A DNA stretch of 60,271 nucleotides, the filler included, from Platydemus manokwari (taxonomy: Eukaryota), in the NCBI GenBank assembly GCA_037951405.1. It is 5 parts of 5 records of this genome, joined end to end, with 100 filler letters (N's around TTAATTAATTAA, not from the genome) between each part and the next. Parts side by side here need not be neighbours in the genome. Positions count along the whole stretch, not along the records: positions 1 to 12,228 come from JBBMOY010235561.1; positions 12,329 to 26,980 come from JBBMOY011423644.1; 3 more parts are not named here. The stretch is one strand, 5' to 3'. How positions within the stretch are numbered: the stretch's first letter is position 1; each line of letters starts with the position of its first letter. The notes below the pieces were generated by a model. That model searched no databases. It was not told where the DNA came from and saw only the letters and a program-made list of their open reading frames with translations. Shown here piece by piece: positions 1-13,008 of this stretch. A program made the translations under genes and the position numbers.

Positions 1-158
1 CGTTTCACTTCAGTCCAAGGCATCAAAAAGTGGCTCGATTCGTTCTTTGATTCAAAAGATGACCGGTTTTTTTGGATAACATAATTGTACAAGATTTTCT
101 TTAATAAAAACTCAATTGTTCTAAAAAAAATTCCGGTTTTTAAGTTATAGATCCAATA
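1..158 (+). mobile_element. Mariner (Mos1/mauritiana-like) element, 3' end: truncated transposase C-terminus plus right terminus
   Basis: Bases 1-75 translate RFTSVQGIKKWLDSFFDSKDDRFFW, resembling the mariner transposase C-terminus (F.S...VKKWLD.WF..K...F.W). Bases ~83-158 recur almost identically at ~12330-12404 and end in ...CCAATA, consistent with a TIR abutting a TA site. Confidence 0.7.
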
Positions 159-1314
159 TATTGGTAAAATAGCTTTACAAAATATATCATTTTTAATAAT
201 TCATATAAATCAAGTCTAAGATCAGGACTGAGTAATTTTTTTTTTAAATAATAAGTTTACTAGATCAACACCATTTATGAAATAATTAGATAGAAGTACT
301 TGGATGGCCAGTAATTGACTTCAGTTACACAATAAATTTATTAAATTAAAATTTTTAATTTTCTAATGATTTAATTATCAAATTTATTTAAAATTATGGT
401 TCATTTTAAATTTTGACTTATTTCTAAATGGTTCATCAAATCATCTCAGATTAAAATCCTTGATAAAAATCTATACTTGCCATTTGAGCTAATGATAAAA
501 CAAAATATCAACTTATATATGTATTATCACCAGATATTAATGCTCAAGGAGCCTGAAACCAAGCTCCAATGAACCATAAATAGTTCTCAGTAATGAGATA
601 TTAAATGGTGAAAAAATTATTTTCAACAATATGTTATCAATAAACCATGAATATTGTTGTCATTCCTTAGCTTTATTTATAAAATAATAAATGATATTTG
701 TAATGTCACTAGATTTCAAGTAATTTTTTAATATGATTTTTCACCGTTACGTTTAGGATTAAGATCCACTTCCTGTTATTTTTTATCAATAATCTCAAAT
801 CAAATTTATTGATGTTTTAATTTTTCAATTTAATTTGCAAATAACTCATAATCATTGATGTCATGAAAATTTTCATCACAATACTCCAATCAAGTTTCTT
901 CAAAAACAAAATTTAAGACAAGAAGTCTTTTGATAATATATTATCGTTATTAAATGTCACCACTTGGATGGAAATTTGCTTCAATAAATAATTTTGCACA
1001 CAGAGTTACTGATAATTTTTTATCAATCAAACTTAGACGTTATTCGATTTAAACAACAATTTTTTATCATCAAATAACTAGGTAATAATAATATTAAGTA
1101 AGACTGAAACAGTGAATTATCAAGGCAATATCTTTTAATTAAAGTACAAAACTATATGTATGTGTGTGTATATCTCGAATAAAAATTATGTAGTCTAATT
1201 CGATTAATATGTCACTCAAACATTCCAAGAAAGATTGTAATATAAAGTTAGTTAAATAAATTAATATAAATCTATAATTAATCTATAATAAATATTTAGT
1301 TAATAAATTTATAG

Positions 1315-3516
1315 GCATTAGAAACTCTGGATACCGGAAAGCCAATCAAACAGTGTCGCCATTTTGAATTGGAATATATTATCAAACACATTGAGTAATA
1401 TTTGTATAATAAGATAGAAATAAATACTTTCGATGAAGATATTTTGCCGGTTGGGCAGATAAAAATCATGGAAAAGTTATTCCCATGGGAGGAAATCACT
1501 TAGGTTTTACAAGACATGAACCAGTTGGAGTTTGTGGTTTAATAACACCTTGGAACGCTCCGTTGCTTTTAATGGCTTGGAAAATCGGTCCTGCTCTGTG
1601 TATGGGCAATACTGTTGTATTGAAACCGGCCGAACAATCACCACTTACTGCTCTTTATGCAGCATCATTAATTGCTGAAGCAGGTTTCCCATCTGGTGTT
1701 GTAAATGTTGTACCCGGGTAATATGATGTTTCTGATAAATTCTAATAACATTTTTATTTCTCATTATTAGATTTGGTCCAACGGCTGGGGGTTCGATAGT
1801 AAGTCATCCAAAAGTAAACAAAATATCTTTTACAGGAAGTACTGATGTTGGACAACTCATTTCCTCTCAATGTAATACAAATAATATCAAGCGATTAACT
1901 TTGGAACTCGGTGGTAAAAGTCCGAATATTGTATTTGCTGATGCAGATTGTAAGAAAATTGATTTTTATCTCTGGATTGTTTTTGAATATCTTTTCGTTT
2001 ACTTCAAGTCGATCACGCAGTTAAAACTTCTCATTTCGCTCTGTTTTTCAATATGGGCCAATGTTGTTGTGCTGGATCAAGAACATATGTTGAAGAGAAA
2101 ATCTATGATAAATTTGTCGAAGCTACAGTAGCAGAAGCCAAAAGTAAAAAAGTCGGTAATCCATTCGAAGATGTTGATCAGGTAAGGTTTTATGAATTAA
2201 TGTTGAGAGATTCTATATTGATATATGTTATTAACATTATTAGAACTGTTCTGGCATAAATAGCACTCAAACTATATTAATAGTTATATTATTTATTGTG
2301 TTTATGTTAGGGTCCACAAATAGATGACATACAATTGGAAAAAATAATAGATTTGATTGGCAGTGGAAAATCAGAAGGAGCTAATCTCTGCACCGGGGGT
2401 AATCAAATCGGAAATAAAGGCTATTTTGTTGAACCAACCGTTTTTTCAAATGTTGATGACAAAATGAGAATTGCCAAAGAGGAAGTTAGTTTCATGATTA
2501 TTGAAACAGACGCTTTGATTGTAAACTATTATTTTAATATCTAAATTGAAGTCTAGATTTGAACAAATTATTAAAATGACATTTCCATTCTCAAATTGTT
2601 TTTAAAATTTTAGTAATTAAGTTTTATAAATTTTATCTCTAATCGAAACAAAATTTCATATCTCCGCTGATTTACCTTTTTTGTTTTAATTTTCAATCTT
2701 CAAACTCTCACTATGAATTTTGCGAAATTAATTTTTATATGGGAAACTCAATGTTTCTAATTTCAACCGTTATTATTATTTATTTAAGAAATTATGATTT
2801 AGTGAACCTATGAAATTATCGAAATCTCAATCGTGACATATATTTATTTTATCTGCATTATTTCCATAGGAATTATTATTGGAATAAACAACATTGACTT
2901 TTTTGAAGAATATTATCAGTTCTATCGATAATTCTCTTCTGAGCTCAGATACAGTTTAAAGATGATATTTCTTAAATTATATTCTCTCGGTCATCAGATT
3001 CTTCATATGGCTTCGATAAAATATTTCTGACCAATCAAACAATTATCTCATGATTGTAAATTATATATATCTATAAAATATTCCACGAAATATTAATGAT
3101 TCGCTTTATCTCCTAGATATTTGGTCCAGTGATGCAAATCATAAAATTTAAAAATATTGAAGAAGTTATCCATCGAGCCAACAATACAAAATATGGACTA
3201 GCTTCATCAGTGTTTACAAAAGATATTGATAAAGCAATGCACGTGGCTCAAGCAATCCGTGCCGGTAGTGTCTGGTAAAGATAAGATTTAATTTTAATTT
3301 ATTCTATATTAATTCTAGGATAAATTGTTACCACGTTTTTGATCCTACAGCACCTTTTGGAGGTTACAAAGATTCAGGGTTAAGAAGAGAAAACGGTTAT
3401 TGTTCGTTAGACTCCTATAGAGAAGTTAAAATGGTTTGATATTGATAATAATCTAACAATATATTATTATTTATTCAATTTAGGTTGCGATAAAAGTTGA
3501 TCAAAAGAACAGTTAA
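1315..3516 (+). CDS. Aldehyde dehydrogenase, ALDH1/ALDH2 class (5'-partial, 8 exons visible)
   Basis: Exons 1315-1394, 1439-1717, 1771-1949, 2009-2181, 2311-2484, 3117-3274, 3319-3433 and 3484-3516 join in frame through GT-AG introns. Motifs: [52 protein letters not shown] (catalytic Glu), [12 protein letters not shown] (catalytic Cys), EEIFGPV, PFGGYK, ending QKNS*. The N-terminal ~100 aa were not found in the window. Confidence 0.95.
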
Positions 3517-3649
3517 TTTATATACTTAATACTTCAAACTCTGATTAGATAATAACTTTTTATAATTTATTACAGTTAAGTTAATATTAGATTTGTTTCA
3601 ATATTTAAAAAAACAGGTGATTTTTAAGTAAATATATTTTAAAGTAATG

Positions 3650-4670
3650 CGGTACCGACCAGATGAGAAGAACCTCAGTTATGAACTTCGGATAAAGAAG
3701 CTAGTTTCAGAAATGTTTAACAAGAAAATTTTCAAGATTATTTATTCTGCAATATCTAAATAGCATTAAATTGTAGGAGTCTGGTTATCAATTTGAGGAA
3801 GTTAACTCTAATGAAGCCCATAATGGTGCAAGAAAGAGATTTTGCTATAAAGGAATGTCATCGTGCACCAGTTAATCATAAGACTACTGCGTATAAATTC
3901 TGCAACGATTGCAGATAAAAATCAGAAACTTGTTTTAGCTGTGATGAACTTGGACATCGGAACCTTGAATGTCCACTGCAGAATAAATGTTTAATATGTT
4001 GAAAAAAAGGCATCAGTTTAGAGAATTTCAATTAGCCAGGAAGCCTGGTTTTAATAGTTTGAGGACATTACTATGACGAGTCGGAAGATGAAGATGATAT
4101 TAAAACCGAAAGTGAAGCAGATGATTGTGTTAAGTCATTCTCTGTGGATGAGAAAAAAATGGAATTTTATTTACAATTGTGTTTTAGTTTATCTGGACGA
4201 TATTTTAGTTTATCGAAGAACAGTATAGGAACACAATGAGAAACTCAAAATAGTTTTCAAATTGATTAAATCATCAAGTTAAAAAACCAATCCAGAGAAC
4301 TGTGCATTTGAAATCTTAAAATTGAATTTCCTGGGTCATGCGGTTAGTCCAGAAGGTATGGAAACTAATAATGACAAAGTAAAGAAGATTAAGGAAGCAA
4401 TAAAACCCAGTTACATAACCCAGTTGAGATCGTTCCTATGATTATGCAATTATTACAGACGACTTATCAAAGATTATGCATTAATTATATCTCCGTTATA
4501 CGCAATGATGACAGCATGTAGTAAGAAATTAGAGTGGACTACAAAGCGTGAGTTAACTTTTGAAAACCTAAACGAAGATTTATGTAGAGTACCAATTTTG
4601 CCATTTCCGGATTCAAACAAAGGGAAGATTTTAGATACTGACGCTAATTTCGAAGCTATTGTAGGCCTTT
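3650..4670 (+). mobile_element. Degenerate Ty3/gypsy LTR retrotransposon fragment (gag zinc knuckles, RT thumb/connection, start of RNase H)
   Basis: CFSCDELGHRNLEC (CX2CX4HX4C) plus a second broken knuckle at ~3930-4015. FLGHAVSPEG, QLRSFL*LCNYYRRLI and PILPFPD...ILDTDA at ~4325-4650. Contains stops and deletions. Confidence 0.85.
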
Positions 4671-4902
4671 AAATCATCCAAATTTTGAATCACTATCAAA
4701 ATAATAAAAAAAAATAACAATAATAAAAAAATAAAAAATAAAGACGCTAATAATGGTATTAGTAATGATGATAATTACTATAATGATTTTGATAATAATT
4801 ATCATAATAATAAAAATAACAAAAAATATCAATAATATTAATTATAAAAAACATAAAAATAAGAATAAAAAAATAAAATGTTTGAATTAAAGTAAATATG
4901 AT

Positions 4903-5544
4903 TTATAAATAAATAACTGGGGTTATAAATAATAATTTTTCTATAAACCACGCATGTCTTTTTATCAGAGAAATCCATTGGTAATCAAGGATAATGATCA
5001 ATTGGGAGACATGAAATAATTTTCTGAACAGGTAAGCAAAATAAATGTATCTCGATTTGACAATTTGGCACCAAAGTATTTTCCAATACAAAATTCTATG
5101 GCAATTATTATTCGCAAAAATACTTGAACTGCGTGAAATCATGCATAATGCAAGATGTTAGGAACTCTCTTTAATTGTTGTCTTTACATGAAGCCTACGG
5201 GAACAGGTGCTCGTGTTTTTAATATAGTACAACAGAATGGTCATTAATGTAATGTTTTCCTTAATACCAACAAAAATACCAATAAGAAACTAGAATGAAG
5301 TCATGAAAATCCCAATCGTAATGATCGAATACAGGTTTCAAAAGATATCACAGCTGTGTTATTCTAAAACTAATTTTTTTTCAATTTTTATTGCAATGAC
5401 ATTACAAATAGCTCCAATGATATTTATAATTAAATTTTTATTTTTCAACACATTTAATAGAATTGTGAAAATAATCCAAATATTGAATATATTGTAATTA
5501 AACACCCTGATTACATTTATTAAAAATTCGTTTAGAGTATGCAA
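4903..5544 (-). pseudogene. Possible decayed rhodopsin-like GPCR fragment
   Basis: Hydrophobic segments occur in GPCR-like order across frameshifts and stops: IINIIGAICNVIAIKI (TM1-like), SCDIF (TM2-like), SS*HLALCMISR (TM3-like). Pattern resemblance only. Confidence 0.25.
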
Positions 5545-5569
5545 AGTTTATTGACATTTATCCATGCCA

Positions 5570-5970
5570 CTACTCAAATATTTGTATGTTTTCTTCATAA
5601 ATCCCAATCACAGTAATCAGGAATTTTTTCATAAACCGCTATCATTCCAAAATCATCAGGACAAATTCCGCTTGACCAGTATATAAGAAATGTTCGCCAC
5701 ACATCTCCATAAAGCTCTTTGATACTAAAATAGGAATTATTGTATAATATCACATGTTCAAGTTCCCATGGATAACACGCCATCAAATTATCTTTGTTGA
5801 ACCATGACGTCGAGTTATCATTGATTTTCACTTGAAATGTAAGCCAAGTAACCAAATCATTATTTTCATTTTTCATAGAAAATAGATAGCATTATGAAAT
5901 AACGATAACCAAATTTGACAAAACAGCACACCAATGAAAACATTAAATCATAAATGGCTAATTATTTATT
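5570..5970 (-). pseudogene. Internally deleted paralogue of the 11160-11778 gene
   Basis: Shares WLTFQVKI.D..SWF.KDNLMACYPWEL..V with 11350-11778. N-terminal LVCCFVKFGYRYFIM resembles IVRCALTNSRRYYIM. After DYCDW it jumps by deletion/frameshift to YEENIQIFE*, matching the YEENINIFNEA* tail of the other copy. Confidence 0.75.
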
Positions 5971-7539
5971 ATTGCTACTTATCATTAAAATTGTAGTATA
6001 AAATATTTAGTGGTTAAAAAGGAACTTTTAATTTACATTTTAGAAATATAAAAATGATAATTCCGATAAAAATTTTAAAAATCTATATCATTAAATTTTT
6101 ATTAAACAATAAAATCCGAAATCATGTAATTTTATTTTAATATTTTATTTTATAATCATGAATACAAATAAAAATCATTTCGACTGCTGATTATTTATTT
6201 AAAGTAAATTATAAAAATCAAATTGACTAAAAATATAAATGGTTCGTTTTTAGATTGATTGTTTTCGTCGTTTTTCAAATGTCCAGAAGGAGTCAAATTA
6301 TTTAAGATGGATGAATTTTTGCCTCAAATAAAACATTTTTTAAATTTAGAAACTATGAAATTTCCAATTGAAATTATGTAAGTTATTAATAACCATGTCG
6401 ACAACACAGTGTTCTAATGGACAGGCTTTGTCATGATCAGGAGAAAATTAAAGAATAATGTTTGAGTTACCAATTAAATTTTATAAAATTTCGCATAAAA
6501 TCGAGCTTGTTAAATCTGTTCTTCTAGCTGCTATCTTTTCATTTGCAAGCACTGTGTTCTGAAATTTGCAAAGAAATTCACTTAATGAAGCTAAAATGTG
6601 TTTTTGATTGACTTATCATATCGATATGTAACGATAATTAAAAGATAATCTATAATTATATGGTTTATTCGATTTAAGATATGACATCAAAGTTCTTTTG
6701 TAGACATCAATTTCTGCTAATTGCTTAATATTTATCTAACTTTTGGTATATATATAAATGTATATATATGTATATATGTATATAGAGGGAGAGAGAATTT
6801 CAATTATTTTTTTAATTATCATTGATATTATTGTAGTGGTAAACCAAATGTACTCCCAGTTACCAGATAGCAAAGACGATATTGATTTAATGGTAACTGA
6901 TGTAAGAAAGAAAAACTGCACAAAAGCATACCATTTCCATCCATAGAATGAAAGGAGATAAATGAAAGGAGAAAGCAAAATTGTAACAGGCTATGGTCTG
7001 GTGTGCAGATGACGTCACGAATCGAAGCTTTCAGGCTCAAATAGGTCAAAATCAAATAAAACCAAACAAATTTCAATATAAATATATCTTGTAACACACA
7101 TTCATTGCATTGCTATTTAAACATTATAGAATTCCCCATGGAATCGATAGAATTGTATGATGTGTTCTTTTCACAATTATCTTTAAATTTATCAAATTTT
7201 ACGTTATAATATTATCAAGTCATTCAATAACAAAAAATAAAATAACTGTTCTTGGAAATATGTATAATTAAATAATCAATATAAATAATTATTATTACTT
7301 TATTCGTTATAGGAAAATGTTTTCAGTGCTAAATCGATACGTGATGATTAATTAAAATATAAATACATAATTATATTACTAATTACATTGAAATATCACG
7401 ATGAACATTTTCTAAGAATATCAAAAGTAGTTATTAAAAACTATAAATTAAATTAATCTGAGTTAACACATTATAACAAAAAAATCAATAAATGAATCCA
7501 ATTTGAAATCATGCTTTAAAATATTTTTTGAAAATTTTA

Positions 7540-9180
7540 AAATTCTGGTGCCATACATAGTTGCAAGATTCGCAATTCCTCAAGATAAGTGAAACATAGT
7601 GTAAAAACAAATATTGATCAACTAATAGCTGTCAAACCTCATAGTACTTCATTGGAGTGAGAAAAGAAGTTAAACATCTAATAGATGGAATGTTGGAATT
7701 AAACGTTATTGGCATGGAATTTCCCAATATTGTTCGTTAGGTAAAAGAATATAACGATTAGAATGTGCGTAAATTATAGAAAGCAAGATGCAGCTTTATA
7801 CAGACCAATTTTGTCTATGCCAAATTCCGTAGAAATACTCGATGCTTCAAAAGAAAATATAGCTTTCACCAATAGATACGGACAATTTCAGTTTAATCGT
7901 ATGCCTTTTGGGTTATGTTCAGCAACTGCTACTTTTCAGAAACATAATAATGTGATATTGAAGATAAGTCAAAATATGTAAGCTTTCTAGATGATATTCT
8001 GATATTTGGAAGAACAGTCAATGAACACAGTGGAAGACTAGAAAGAGTTTTGAATCGAATCGATGACGCTAGGTAATGCTTTTCTTAAGTAAAGAAATTA
8101 AGTAGTCTGGGATATTTGATTCTCGAAAACTGCATACAAACTGAAGAAGACAAGCTTGGGGTGATAAAAAATTGGTTAAAATCTCAATGTGTCAATGTAC
8201 AATAGAAGTTTCTAAGATTGTTTGGTTATTAAAGCCGGTTTATAAAAGCTTTTGCTGATATTACCCAACTGCTATATCGATTACTGAAGAAAGTGAGTAC
8301 ATTTGAGTTGAATTATTTAGCAACTGCAACTTTTCACAAATAAAACATTAATTTCACGACCAGTTCTAAGTTTTCTTTGAAAAGTAGGGAAATATGTTTT
8401 GATGCTATATGAGCCAAGCTCTCTTAAATACAAAAGTTGAAGAACATGCATTAAGAATATTGACAAATGCGCAACATAAATGTATAAAGAACATATCAAT
8501 GCAGATGTGATATCACGATTTCCACATTGTGAACAATGCTGTATAAAGCACTAAAACTTACAAAAAATACATAATATAAAGATGGACTATGAAAAAAGCG
8601 ATGTATCATGTAACGAATATGATAAATTGTTCTGCCGACTGGAACAAAGCAAATTTTTAGATCAGAATAAAGATGAAGAATTTTAAATGATAATAAATGC
8701 AATTCTCAGCGATGGTCTCAAAGATTTATCAAAAATTCCTCGTTACAAAAACATTCGGTAAAAGAAGGAGTACTTAAGAGTTAGAAGTGATGCATTATAA
8801 TAAAAGAAAAATATAATTTATCACTCGTGCTTGTATGATGTAATAACATAATTTGAATATGAAATCATTAAAGTTTTCGCCATTTGAAGATTTTTGGGTA
8901 AAAACCCACGTTTATTTATTATTGAGGCAAGTCCTATAAAAAGAAAATCTCTGAAGAATTTATAAATCATCAAAGAGAAATTTTGAGGAAGTACAGATTT
9001 ATAATGAAAGCCAGATTGTGAAGCAAGCAGATTACTTTAATTGAGTGAAATATTCCCATGAATTATCAGCTGGTGATATAGTGATGATTGAAAATCCGTT
9101 TTACAAACACTTTGGTAAAAGATTTGTGGACCCTTTCAATATTTTAGAGAAAATAAATGTAATAACTTATAAGCTTGGAT
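7540..9180 (+). mobile_element. Degenerate Ty3/gypsy pol (RT, connection, integrase remnants)
   Basis: MCVNYRK, AFTNRYGQFQFNRMPFGLCSATATFQ, FLDDILIFG (YxDD), RFIKAFADI, and a GPY/F-like GDIVMI...RFVDPFNI near 9070-9145. Many stops. Confidence 0.9.
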
Positions 9181-9199
9181 TAATAGTAGAGATTTAATC

Positions 9200-9880
9200 T
9201 TTGGGAATCAAAAAGCACTCTTGTCTGCATATGATTATGCTGAACACAATGCCTGCCTTTGATCTCATTTACGAATTTAGTAAATATCAAGGAGAAAGGA
9301 TAGATCTTAAGAAATAATTTCCTAGCTTCATGAGTTAATTTGGTTGACTCTAGAAAAGATAGGTACAATCAATCTACTGAAGAATTTGTATAGCGGAATA
9401 GGTACCCTCCACTGATTTGGTTAAAGGTGTCAAACTAAGTTGGGCCTTGTCGATGTTATTGTTCTGTTCATCGATAGATTTCCTTGGTAAATTTTGTAAT
9501 AATTTGAGGAGATCTCTCACATTATCTAGTATGAAAATTTCCATATTGGCTTATGCTGATAACTTGGTAGTTGTTTCTAGTGACGCAGCAGGCATTGCCG
9601 ATAGGTTAGGTAGAATTGAGTATTCGGCTTGTAAGGTTTACCTTACTTTAATCCAAGTAAATGTGGATATTTTTGTAATGATCCTGTGAAAATATACAAT
9701 ATTAATATTTCAGTAGAGGATGAAAAGCACAAATATAAGTGTCTTGAAGTTTCGTTTAGTTCCCCAAAGAGAAAAGATATTGATGACATTTTAAATAATG
9801 TCTTCTCTGATTTTGAGATGATTTATATCGCGGACTTACATGCGATCAAAAATCTAAATGCAAAATGCTAAATCTCTCTT
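9200..9880 (+). mobile_element. Non-LTR retrotransposon RT fragment (RLE type, R2/NeSL-like)
   Basis: GVKLS (decayed GVKQG), ISILAYADNLVVVS (YADD motif), KYKCL (decayed YKYLG). Confidence 0.75.
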
Positions 9881-11159
9881 TTCAATAGCTAAATTTGGAT
9901 CTACTTGTTTATTTTGGTTAGCTTTTTAATTTATATTTGCTTCTTGTATAGATTATTATAGTTTTACCTGATTATGAGCAACCAGTTTTAATCAAGCTAT
10001 GGAAAAAACCAATGATACTGTGATATAATGAAATTTAAGAATATTTTTTTTATTTCAACTTCTTTATTTGATTCCTTTATTCGTTTATGGGTGCAAATAT
10101 AATTTATGCCCATATTTTAACTGAAAATTCAACTTATTTTCAAATATCATATTTAGATGATATGATTTTCTCGAGACAAATCTGAGAGCTGTGAGAAATA
10201 TTTATGTTGTAATTTCAGGTAGTAATTGCATTATGCGGTAGCCATATTATCGATTCTAGCAAATAGTTTATGATAAGCTAAATTTGGTATTTAAACATCA
10301 ATAATACCTCCAAACAGTTAATAAATCTAATTTTATTGTCTGCTAAATCTTAATAAAGAATTATTACTTTTCAGTAAGCATCAGTCACTTATAAAATGAA
10401 ACTTCAATATTAAAGGCTACATACTGGGAAGCGAAAGACAAAGTAAATGAATTGTATTAGTAGCCCAGTAGAAAAGTCAAATATGCAAGGAAATGGAAAA
10501 CAATACCATGGAAATATTTAAAATATATACACGGCCATACCTTTATTCTCATGTTTTGTTGTAATATTTCACTAGTCATTAGGCTGTATAATAATTTAGG
10601 TGCATATAATAACCTGTTTCCCTCATATTTCCTATATTGAAAGGCATGATTTATTCATTATCAAGAAATGAAAACCATAAAACACGCTAATATATTATCA
10701 GCGTTTTTCTGGTTTAAATATTTAGAATTTCTAAACAATACTTGACTAAATTGATATGGAAATTTAAGTTAGATTTATTGATTTTCAGTGAATTTAACAG
10801 TATTATATAAATTTTTAAGCTAATAAATCGAATTTTGAAGATCCATAAATGATTTGAACAAATGATATTTAATAATAATAAGATTGAAAAATCAATGCTG
10901 CACAGATACTGAATTGCTTTATTGAATTTATAACGATTGTGTTTTATTTTTCTGAGACAGCAAGCTAGTATGTTTGATAATTTGTAAGGATTTGAAATAT
11001 ACAAAAGAAAAACATTTCTTCAATTCGAAACAATGAAAATTATTTAAGCTATTATTTTGTTTTTGTTGTGTCTTTGTTATGTCTTCAACTAAAGTTAATT
11101 TATTACATCAGCATAAATAGTTAGTTTATACTCGTCAATTCATTCTGAATTTTATTGCT

Positions 11160-11778
11160 ATGGATATCAATTTGATTTATTTATTATTTTACCATTTTGC
11201 TTCAGTTTATCCATCTGATATTGTGAGATGTGCTTTAACTAATTCAAGAAGATATTACATTATGCAAAATAATACTTGCAGGATTCTCGTTCAAATACCA
11301 CCAATTACTGTGATGATGTCAACATCGGTATTTTATCGAACCGATTAAGATGAATATTACTTTGAAAAATGACAAAAATCATGTAGTGGCTTGGCTTACA
11401 TTTCAAGTGAAAATAAAAGACACTGTGTCATCATGGTTCAAGAAAGACAATTTGATGGCGTGTTATCCATGGGAATTAAAAAATGTATTAATACATAATT
11501 ATGAGTACTTCAGTATCTATGGAAATAACAAAACAGTTATGAGAAGATTTCATATATGCCTAGCTGATGGATACTGCAATACTGATTATGGAATGTTAGC
11601 GGTTTATGACCAAATTCCAGATAACTGTGATTATGTGAAAACTTCAATGGTTCCGGTTATTGCTTATTTTGAAAACCAAACTAAGCCTGGAAATTTCAAG
11701 AGGACCATAAAATACGCGAAATTATTAGATTTATTCGGTATGTATGAAGAAAATATAAATATTTTCAATGAGGCCTAA
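11160..11778 (+). CDS. Uncharacterised small protein, probably secreted; lineage-specific family with a paralogue at 5570-5970
   Basis: The signal-peptide-like MDINLIYLLFYHFASVYP ORF (11160) and the 142-aa ORF (11350) are in different frames. A 40-nt GT..AG intron at 11310-11349 (weak donor) would join them in frame; otherwise this is a frameshifted pseudogene. Motifs SWF.KDNL, YFSI.G, RRF.I...G.C..D.G. Confidence 0.6.
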
Positions 11779-12159
11779 CATGTTTGCATGAGAATTTACA
11801 CAAAAAAAGATATTGATTAAATGTAATAAGTGTTGTTTTAAAGAATATTATCAATGTTTTTATTTTTTACATGCTATAAATTTATGATCAATAACATAAA
11901 AATCGAATTAAATTATTGGGTATTGATTAAATAAAGAGGTGTACAGAACAATTTAGCTCATTCAAAAGTTGTTTGATTATCTCAAATTCTAAACTGTGAC
12001 AAAATGTAATACGAATTTTTATATCAATATGATTTTTAAATGATCTCATGTCTATTTCATTCGATCTAAATTATAAAAAATAAAATATTGGATTTGTTTA
12101 AAATAATGAATACAATAATTAAACAAATGTCACAATAAATCATATTGCTGTACGATATA

Positions 12160-12228
12160 CCAGGTTGAGTCAAAAGTTATTCATGTTTTTATGCAGGTAT
12201 TTTATTAACACAAATTGTTATAACGCTG
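12160..12228. mobile_element. Possible Tc1/mariner terminus at a contig end
   Basis: TA followed by CCAGGTTGAGTCAAAAG, similar to mariner-type TIR starts (TA-CCAGGT). It runs into the gap, as repeats often do. The partner end is not visible. Confidence 0.3.
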
Positions 12229-12328
12229 NNNNNNNNNNNNNNNNNNNNNNNNNNNNNNNNNNNNNNNNNNNNTTAATTAATTAANNNNNNNNNNNNNNNN
12301 NNNNNNNNNNNNNNNNNNNNNNNNNNNN
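12229..12328. other. Artificial contig linker N44-TTAATTAATTAA-N44
   Basis: Exactly 100 nt. The core 12-mer puts stop codons in all six frames. Identical at four positions. Confidence 0.98.
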
Positions 12329-12404
12329 GAATTGTACAAGATTTTCTTTAATAAACACTCAATTGTTCTAAAAAAATTCCGGTTTTTAAGTTATAGACCC
12401 AATA
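12329..12404 (+). mobile_element. Second copy of the mariner right end
   Basis: aattgtacaagattttctttaataaa...ccggtttttaagttatagacccaata is nearly identical to ~83-158. Confidence 0.7.
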
Positions 12405-13008
12405 CCAAATTAAATTTAATATAAAATTAAATCCAATATAAAATTAAATCCTCGAAAATCAAATTCAATTTAATATTCTCACAACAACTATGGATTATAT
12501 AGACAGGTTGTTAATAAATTTTATAATTGCGTCGATTAAAAACAAAATATTCCTGCGGTGGATAAAATGGTTACTAGAGACTGAGTTTGTATTGAATGCT
12601 ACCACGTGCTAAACTTTAACATTTATTAAGCCTCCTGCCTGTTTAGTATCTCCCTCAACAAATCGCAGATCCTAAATGGGCTTTTCAAATAAACTTTGAT
12701 AATCAGATTATCAAGAATATAATTGTGTTGAGATTACATTCTCGAGTAACAAAAATAATAATCGTATTAATTATAATCACAATATTATTAATACTAAACA
12801 ATGGATTTTGTTGGATTGAATTATCCTTAGATTATATTAAATATTTATTCAACTAGAAGTTAAAAAATGAAAACAATCAACCGAAACATAAGCAGTAATC
12901 AGCAAATAGAGAATTGTTACAAGTAAATTAATTTAGAGATAACCCTATTACAAATCCGTACAAAAGTAAAAAACTAAATCAAGCATTGTTGTATACCAAT
13001 ATTGGGTT

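Noticed and set aside
6736-7097. Overlapping hydrophobic minus-strand ORFs (YGWKWY, SGNWEY)
   Set aside because: Possibly a frameshifted membrane-protein remnant, but I found no recognisable family or splice structure.
12273-12284. Recurrent TTAATTAATTAA motif as a biological repeat
   Set aside because: Always centred in exactly 44+44 Ns, so it is a synthetic linker.
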